Source: an archaeon
GTDB taxonomy: Archaea > Nanobdellota > Nanobdellia > Woesearchaeales > ARS49
Length of the DNA stretch: 58,574 nucleotides
Direction of reading: 5' to 3'
NCBI GenBank assembly: GCA_020051845.1
Contig: JAGVQG010000017.1
Coordinates: 1-58,574 of the forward strand
Part shown: positions 53,513 through 58,574 of the stretch, piece after piece
Layout of the letters: each line of letters opens with the position of its first letter
How positions within the stretch are numbered: position 1 is the stretch's first letter
The notes under the pieces: model-generated
The model's database searches: none
What the model was told of the DNA's origin: nothing
Seen by the model: only the letters and a program-made list of their open reading frames with translations
Position numbers and translations under genes: made by a program

Positions 53513-54465
53513 TGTTCCCCTCCCAATTGTTTGAAGGTGAGACCGTGCAAGTCGCGCTGGACCAGCTCCTGGGCCTTCTTGGCAAGCTCGCCAGTGCCTA
53601 TCAGAAGAACGGGCAGCTTCCTTAGCTGACCTTGCACAAAAGCACCGCTGACATCCGTGTCAGCCAGTTTCTTCTTTGCCTTCGCCTTGCAATAATAGGT
53701 CAATTCACCCACACTGCTAGGCAGTCTCAGCACGAAATCGTACTCAGCCTTCTTCTTCAAACACTGCTGTTCGACTATTTTAATGTTATTCTTGGAAAAG
53801 AACACCAGCAACGACGCAAGGAAGTCATCCGTAGCAGGATCACCCGGGTTGTGCGGCGCTTGACCGGGCAAGATGACGCTGATGGGTTCATCTGATTCCA
53901 CCAAATGGGTCTGCTCGGCGATTGGCACCGGGTGTTCGACCGGTTCCTGCCTCTGGACTGGCCGCGGCCTCGGCTCAGGCCTTGCCTTCAACGGCTCGGG
54001 CTTGGGCTCCGGTCTTGGCGGCTGCAAAATAATCTTGATCCTCTCCGACGTCTCCTCATCCGACACCAAATGCCATTTCCAGAACGTCTCCTTCTGCTGG
54101 TTGAAAGAGACATCAAGAGGTATCGCGAAGTCAGGGATATTATGCAATGAAGCCCTGAGCAACGGAGTCAACTGGTTCTCACGCAGAACATTCTCACGTT
54201 CGAGCAATTGCACTGTCTGCCTATCCTTGTCAGGCAGGTATTCTATGAACTTGACAAGCAACGATTCCTGGCCCGGCACATAATAAACAGGAGAGCCGCC
54301 GACCTTCAACTTGCTTATCTTGAGGATACCCTTGCCACTCAACTCAGACAGCATCGCGCCGGCAAGCATCGAATTCATACCCATGTGCTTGCCGATCTGC
54401 ATCGGCACAGCAGGGCCATGAGAATTGATGAAAGCGACCACTGTCTCGCGATAGTCCGCACCCAT
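53509..54465 (-). CDS. winged-helix protein with Pro-rich linker and C-terminal PD-(D/E)xK-like domain (tentative)
   Basis: The track start is TTG. The ATG at 54463-54465 lies 27 nt downstream of a TATA (54488-54496). wH-like VAFINSHGPAVPMQIGKHMGMNSMLAGAMLSELSGKGILKI. C-terminal EYDFVLRLP...LTYYCKAKAKKK. Confidence 0.5.
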   Translation of the reverse strand: MGADYRETVVAFINSHGPAVPMQIGKHMGMNSMLAGAMLSELSGKGILKISKLKVGGSPVYYVPGQESLLVKFIEYLPDKDRQTVQLLERENVLRENQLTPLLRASLHNIPDFAIPLDVSFNQQKETFWKWHLVSDEETSERIKIILQPPRPEPKPEPLKARPEPRPRPVQRQEPVEHPVPIAEQTHLVESDEPISVILPGQAPHNPGDPATDDFLASLLVFFSKNNIKIVEQQCLKKKAEYDFVLRLPSSVGELTYYCKAKAKKKLADTDVSGAFVQGQLRKLPVLLIGTGELAKKAQELVQRDLHGLTFKQLGGEQ

Positions 54466-54534
54466 GCTCCTGAACTGAGAATCACGGCATAAAAGGTTTT
54501 CGAGGGTGGGGACGCAGACCAAACCCCTATTGAT

Positions 54535-55065
54535 TCAAGGACGGAGCCAGCCGACATCCCAGTAGGTGATGTCACCCTCGTCGTCGACCACACCTATGAG
54601 AAGACCCTTCTTGGTGCTGTGCGCCACACGGCTCTTGGCAGCAAAAGAATGCCAAGTCAGTTTGTCATGCTCATGCACCGCGAACAAGACCCAGCGCGCG
54701 TGGTCATCGCCAGGCAAAGAACCGCGATCGTAAACCCTGAAATCCGCGCCGAACTTCAGCGCGGTCTTGACAACATAGCCACGCTTGCGCATGTCTGCGA
54801 AAACAGCATACTGCACATAGCGCTGCTTCGAGGAACCGATGATTTTCTTGTGCAAAACATCCGACGCTATCTGCTTTCCCTTGGAATTCTGGATGGCGAT
54901 CCTGCCAGACTCGGCAAGGAAAAGCGCCTCAAAACCGCTGAGCTCGACCCTGTTGTCAGAGCGCAATGAACCAAACCTGCTCTTCTTGAACAGCGCTTGC
55001 GCCTCGCCAGAATGCTCTGTGACACATCTGGAGCCGACAAGGACCGCGGTGACTAGCTGTTGCAT
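54535..55065 (-). CDS. endA: tRNA-splicing endonuclease (short, homotetramer-type size)
   Basis: KRGYVVKTALKFGADFRVYDRG...HARWVLFAVHE...KGLLIGVVD pattern, 176 aa. Confidence 0.85.
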   Translation of the reverse strand: MQQLVTAVLVGSRCVTEHSGEAQALFKKSRFGSLRSDNRVELSGFEALFLAESGRIAIQNSKGKQIASDVLHKKIIGSSKQRYVQYAVFADMRKRGYVVKTALKFGADFRVYDRGSLPGDDHARWVLFAVHEHDKLTWHSFAAKSRVAHSTKKGLLIGVVDDEGDITYWDVGWLRP

Positions 55066-55088
55066 GATGACACACCCAATAACCCACC

Positions 55089-55095
55089 TTTAAAT
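55089..55095. promoter_or_regulatory. shared TATA element (TTTAAAT) between divergent endA and rnz
   Basis: About 27 nt from the endA ATG (55065) and about 23 nt from the rnz ATG (55115). Confidence 0.45.
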
Positions 55096-55114
55096 CACTA
55101 TCTATTTAAAGGAT

Positions 55115-56032
55115 ATGACGGTCAGCGAGCGTATGCAACTGACGGTATTGGGGACCAGCGCGATGGTCCCGACAAAGGACAGGAACCACTCAGCATACCT
55201 TCTGACACACAAGACAGAAGGACTGATCATGGACTGTGGCGAAGGCACGCAACGCCAACTCAAGCTAGCAGGCATACCACCATCCAAGATCACGCGCATA
55301 ATGCTCTCACACTGGCACGGAGACCACACCCTAGGCCTGCCAGGGCTCTTGATGACCATGTCACAGAGCGGTTACTCCGAAACACTCCAGATATACGGAC
55401 CAAAAGGAACGAAGCAGCATCTCAAAAGCATGTTCGAGGCCTTTGAATTCGACATGCGCATGCGCATAGAAGTCCACGAGGTAGGAAAGGACACCTTGTT
55501 CGAGACAGAGGAACTTATCGTCACGTCATTGCCACTGGAACACGGCATACCCTGCATCGGTTTCAGGATCGAGGAGAAAGACCGGCGCAGGATAAACCTC
55601 GCGAAGACCAAGAAAATGGGAATCCCGGAAGGGCCGTTGCTCGGCAAACTGCAGCGTGGTGAAGAGATAATCTGGAAAGGGAAACCCGTGCATCCAAAAG
55701 ACACCACAGAACTCATCAAAGGAAAGATAGTCGCATTGGTGACAGACACCTCGCCGTGCAAGAATGCGCATATACTTGCCGAAAACGCGGACCTGCTCAT
55801 CTGTGAAGCGAGCTACACCTCGACACTAGAGGAAAAAGCGGAAGAATACACCCATATGACCGCGCGACAGGCAGGACAGCTCGCGTCACAGGCCGGTGTG
55901 AAGAAACTCTGCATCACCCACTTCTCAGCGCGCTACATAACGACTAACGAGCTGCTCGAAGATGCCCGTACGGCGTTCCAAGAAACAGTGGCTGCGCATG
56001 ATTTGATGAAGATCGCGCTGGACAAAGTCTGA
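55115..56032 (+). CDS. rnz: ribonuclease Z
   Basis: Metallo-beta-lactamase motif LSHWHGDH and typical RNase Z length. Confidence 0.9.
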   Translation: MTVSERMQLTVLGTSAMVPTKDRNHSAYLLTHKTEGLIMDCGEGTQRQLKLAGIPPSKITRIMLSHWHGDHTLGLPGLLMTMSQSGYSETLQIYGPKGTKQHLKSMFEAFEFDMRMRIEVHEVGKDTLFETEELIVTSLPLEHGIPCIGFRIEEKDRRRINLAKTKKMGIPEGPLLGKLQRGEEIIWKGKPVHPKDTTELIKGKIVALVTDTSPCKNAHILAENADLLICEASYTSTLEEKAEEYTHMTARQAGQLASQAGVKKLCITHFSARYITTNELLEDARTAFQETVAAHDLMKIALDKV

Positions 56033-56043
56033 ACATATATCCT

Positions 56044-56265
56044 TCATTCCTTCTTCAAAGAAAGCTTCACATCATCACGCATGACAGTCCGCCTGCCCGC
56101 GTGCTTCGAGAACGTCACGGCCTTCGATGCGAGATCCTTGCCCAAATCCTCCAATGCCTGCTTCAGGGCGACCTTCGCGCTATCGCTCACGCGAGCAGCG
56201 CCGGCCTTACGCAGAATCTTCTCCATCGCCGCAAGCGGCAAACCCCTTTCTGAACGTCGGACCAT
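56044..56265 (-). CDS. archaeal histone (HMf-type histone fold)
   Basis: Internal ATG gives LPLAAMEKILRKAGAARVSDSAKVALKQALEDLGKDLASKAVTFSKHAGRRTV, matching the HMfB pattern. The longer track ORF is rejected. Confidence 0.88.
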   Translation of the reverse strand: MVRRSERGLPLAAMEKILRKAGAARVSDSAKVALKQALEDLGKDLASKAVTFSKHAGRRTVMRDDVKLSLKKE

Positions 56266-56287
56266 ATCCGGACAAAGGCACAATTGA

Positions 56288-56295
56288 TATTTAAA
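56288..56295. promoter_or_regulatory. single TATA element (TATTTAAA) equidistant from the divergent histone and hjc starts
   Basis: The centre is about 26.5 nt from both ATGs (56265 on minus, 56318 on plus). Confidence 0.55.
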
Positions 56296-56317
56296 GAGTA
56301 GGGTAATAACTTCAGGC

Positions 56318-56716
56318 ATGGTAAACCGCAAAGCAAAGGGCTCTGGAGCCGAACGAGAGCTGATCCACAAGTTCTGGAAATGCGGGTGGGCGGCCATCCG
56401 GGTGGCAGGCAGCGGATCCATAAAGTATCCTACGCCAGACATCATAGCGTCGAACAACCTTCGCAAGATAGCCATAGAAGTAAAGGCCACAAAAGGGGAT
56501 GCACAATACATCACCAAAGACCAGATCGGCCAGATGCAGGAATTCTGCCAACGCTTCGGGGCAGAAGCGTGGATAGCTGTCAGGTTCGACAACCGCGGCT
56601 GGTACTTCGTGAGCCTTGAGGAACTCAGGGAAACGACTGCCGCTTTCGTCCTTGATTATGACAAAGCCAAGGCAATAGGCATGACTTTCGAGGACGTGAC
56701 AAGGCAAATGCCCTGA
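56318..56716 (+). CDS. hjc: Holliday junction resolvase Hjc
   Basis: KGSGAERELIHKFWKCGWAAIRVAGSG...PDIIASN...IAIEVKAT (PD-ExK). Confidence 0.9.
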   Translation: MVNRKAKGSGAERELIHKFWKCGWAAIRVAGSGSIKYPTPDIIASNNLRKIAIEVKATKGDAQYITKDQIGQMQEFCQRFGAEAWIAVRFDNRGWYFVSLEELRETTAAFVLDYDKAKAIGMTFEDVTRQMP

Positions 56717-56771
56717 ACACGCCAATTGCACTGACGAAAGATTTATAATATACCCTGTCGAGAAAAACACC

Positions 56772-57425
56772 GTGGCACATTCTAAGAAAGGAAAGAAACC
56801 AATCCAGAAGAAGAAGCCAAAGGCCCCTAGGAAGGCAAAGAAACCTGTCCAGAAGAAAGCGCCTGTTGAATCCAAGAGCGCAAAGATGCTCGAAGAGGTC
56901 ATATCAGAGGTGGCAGGAAAGGATGTAATGGCTCTTGTCCGCGCGCTGCGCAACAAGAAGAACGTCTCAGAATTCACACTCGCAGAAGCCGTCAAGCGAG
57001 AGATCAACGCCACGCGAAACATGCTCTACCGTTTGTATGAGAACAACCTCGTCACGTTCATCAGGAAGAAGGACAAGAAGAAAGGGTGGTACATCTATTA
57101 CTGGACCTTCAACCCTAACCGCGTCAAGGAAATATATGTCAACCTTCGCAAGAAGAAGCTCGAAAAGCTATACGAACGGCTTGAGCGGGAGAAGACAACC
57201 CAGTTCTACGTCTGCTACGCGCAGGAACAGGCCCCCGACGGGACAAAAAAACAGGGACCGGTCAGCATGCGCCTTGATTTCGACCAGGCCATGAATTTCG
57301 AGTTCAAATGCCCTGAGACAGGCCAACTGCTAGAGCTGGAAGACAACAGCGACCGAATAAAGCAGATATCGGATGAAATAGAACAAATAAAGAAAGAACT
57401 GAAAGAGATCAGCGTCGCTTCTTGA
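56772..57425 (+). CDS. tfe: transcription factor E (TFE alpha) with Lys-rich N-terminal extension
   Basis: wH core EFTLAEAVKREINATRNMLYRLYENNLVTFIRKKDKKKGWYIYYWTF. GTG start about 26 nt downstream of TATA 56741-56750. The alternative start is the ATG for MLEEVISEV. Confidence 0.78.
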   Translation: MAHSKKGKKPIQKKKPKAPRKAKKPVQKKAPVESKSAKMLEEVISEVAGKDVMALVRALRNKKNVSEFTLAEAVKREINATRNMLYRLYENNLVTFIRKKDKKKGWYIYYWTFNPNRVKEIYVNLRKKKLEKLYERLEREKTTQFYVCYAQEQAPDGTKKQGPVSMRLDFDQAMNFEFKCPETGQLLELEDNSDRIKQISDEIEQIKKELKEISVAS

Positions 57426-57603
57426 GCGCGCGTTCTATCTTCTTCTCTTCACCCAAAGTCTTGTGAACCAGGGTGTCGATGTGCTGCTCGATGCGGGCGA
57501 CACGGCGCTCCATCAAGACAAGCACGCGAAGACTATATACAATAGCGGCCAAAGTGCCGATAATCACCGCAAGCGTAATCCTCATCAGGGCTTCGTCAGC
57601 CAT
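57409..57603 (-). CDS. small single-TM protein with basic coiled C-terminus, 64 aa
   Basis: ATG at 57601-57603 preceded by AGAGGTGA. Sequence MADEALMRITLAVIIGTLAAIVYSL... Its 3' end overlaps the tfe 3' end by 17 nt. Confidence 0.55.
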   Translation of the reverse strand: MADEALMRITLAVIIGTLAAIVYSLRVLVLMERRVARIEQHIDTLVHKTLGEEKKIERALKKRR

Positions 57604-57674
57604 AACATTCACCTCTTATTACTGAGATGTTAATAAGGCGGCGAGTATAAAAAGGTTACTGGGAAGTCAAGAAA

Positions 57675-58463
57675 TCAGTGGTAAGGTCTTCGGACAGCCT
57701 CTTCCAAAGAAACATTGAACCTGGATGTGACGCCGTAAACCTTCTTGTCAAAGGCCTCTGAAAGGACTATGCCCTTGGGATCCTGCTCCTCACACACACC
57801 ATTTTTCAACGCAAAGACGCGGCCTGTCAATTCACCGCTCTTCGTCTCCAACAACAACATACCATTCTCATGCATGTGAGTGTCGAGCGATTTCGCTTCG
57901 GGATTGAACCTATCTTCAGTGTGATGAAGCGACACTCCTTGTGGCAATGCAAGATTGTAATGATACACCAACTGCGCGCTGTTCGTCGGCGCGTGGAAGT
58001 ATATCCTAACATTATTGCCGAGCGCACATCCATCCATGACCACAACACGCTTGGCTGAAAGATCAGGAACTGAGAAGTCACAAGTGTCCGATGTCAAATC
58101 ACATGTCTGCCGGGAATAAGCGACCTTACCTTCAAAGGGTTTGCTGCATGGAACACCATCCACGGCCAATGGCAGAACCAATTCCCCTTGCTGGACTATG
58201 CACTCTTCACCCAGCTCTTCCATAATCGCCTGCTGCGGATCAACAAGGTGTTTTACGTCGAGATAGCCCGAAAGCAATTTGAGGACGACATCGTTGAAAT
58301 CTTTGTTGGCACGCCTATCTTGTCGGACAACAAGCGAGTATGAGTGACCGTCGATTTCGGTGTCCACAATGGCACTAATGCCGATGTTCGCAAATTCATG
58401 GCCTTGGGCCTGAATATTCGCGTACATCGTTTCTGGTGAAAACGGCACACGCTTTGACATCAT
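57675..58463 (-). CDS. hypothetical protein, 262 aa, with a degenerate Nudix-box-like segment
   Basis: SGYLDVKHLVDPQQAIMEELGEEC loosely fits G-x5-E-x7-REUxEExGU, but only EExG is clearly kept. Confidence 0.5.
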   Translation of the reverse strand: MMSKRVPFSPETMYANIQAQGHEFANIGISAIVDTEIDGHSYSLVVRQDRRANKDFNDVVLKLLSGYLDVKHLVDPQQAIMEELGEECIVQQGELVLPLAVDGVPCSKPFEGKVAYSRQTCDLTSDTCDFSVPDLSAKRVVVMDGCALGNNVRIYFHAPTNSAQLVYHYNLALPQGVSLHHTEDRFNPEAKSLDTHMHENGMLLLETKSGELTGRVFALKNGVCEEQDPKGIVLSEAFDKKVYGVTSRFNVSLEEAVRRPYH

Positions 58464-58574
58464 GACACTAAAAACATGTGCTGTGTTGCATAACTATTCC
58501 AAGGCTTTAGCGGCGTGATGAGAGTTACGCTTCGCCATAGCGTTTGAGTCTTTGGTACGCCCAGACTTTGCATG

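Noticed and set aside
56266-56592. Longer 182-aa version of the histone ORF, and the 236-aa minus-strand ORF 56312-57022
   Set aside because: The histone fold is complete from the internal ATG at 56265, which sits 27 nt from a TATA. The longer frames overlap hjc and tfe antisense and look non-coding.
1-58574. CRISPR arrays, tRNA/rRNA genes, transposases, integrases and prophage genes
   Set aside because: I scanned the intergenic spacers (only five exceed 100 nt) and the ORF products. I saw no regularly spaced repeats, no T-loop/cloverleaf candidates and no recombinase-like proteins. A computational tRNAscan/Rfam run is still advisable.
1-58574. Type IV pilus/archaellum assembly machinery (FlaI/PilB ATPase, FlaJ/PilC platform, prepilin peptidase)
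   Set aside because: The only P-loop proteins are RadA, the ABC ATPase, RFC and PAN. The only polytopic proteins are the ABC permease, DUF457, the 640-aa protein and the kinase-like protein, and none resembles FlaJ or a di-Asp peptidase. The machinery, if any, is outside the window.
58516-58574. C/D-box sRNA (GTGATGA at 58516-58522)
   Set aside because: A C-box-like heptamer is present, but no CTGA D/D' box follows before the window ends. The evidence is insufficient.

Overview
Archaeal chromosomal segment, about 55% GC by eye. The archaeal assignment rests on RadA, RPA, RFC small subunit, FEN1, PAN, Hjc, a histone, TFE, EndA, RNase Z, Pelota, eL14/eL34, two-subunit PheRS and Rpp30. I guess an uncultivated, possibly DPANN-like lineage, but that is low-confidence inference. 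Roughly half the window is housekeeping genes and the rest is three accessory cell-envelope loci. Locus (i), 6568-14250, has 14 co-directional, tightly overlapping minus-strand genes. Every product begins with a prepilin-like [KR][GA] motif plus a hydrophobic helix, and four are 83-97 aa 6-Cys mini-pilins ending in CC. Locus (ii), 18839-32913, is one operon joining five more [KR][AG]-Q prepilin-like genes to a 1856-aa Cys-rich single-pass surface giant and two large Cys-rich secreted proteins. The giant has a TTG start, Ig-like modules, three Cys modules, TSP3-like Asp repeats, a TM segment and a 221-aa cytoplasmic tail. Loci (i) and (ii) are bridged by Lrp/AsnC and AbrB-PhoU-type regulators and a 981-aa beta-propeller/TM/kinase-like membrane protein. 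Locus (iii), 40864-47276, encodes a prepilin-like 3-module protein, a polytopic membrane protein with an FN3-like end, three paralogous lipobox lipoproteins and an AT-rich small membrane gene. I saw no pilus ATPase, platform protein, prepilin peptidase, CRISPR array, tRNA/rRNA or mobile-element gene. Many first-in-operon genes have a TATA box about 26-27 nt upstream of the start codon, implying leaderless mRNAs. Internal genes instead use GGAGGTG-type SD sites and ATGA overlaps. Several ORF-track starts are TTG/GTG artefacts, and I re-called them at downstream ATGs.
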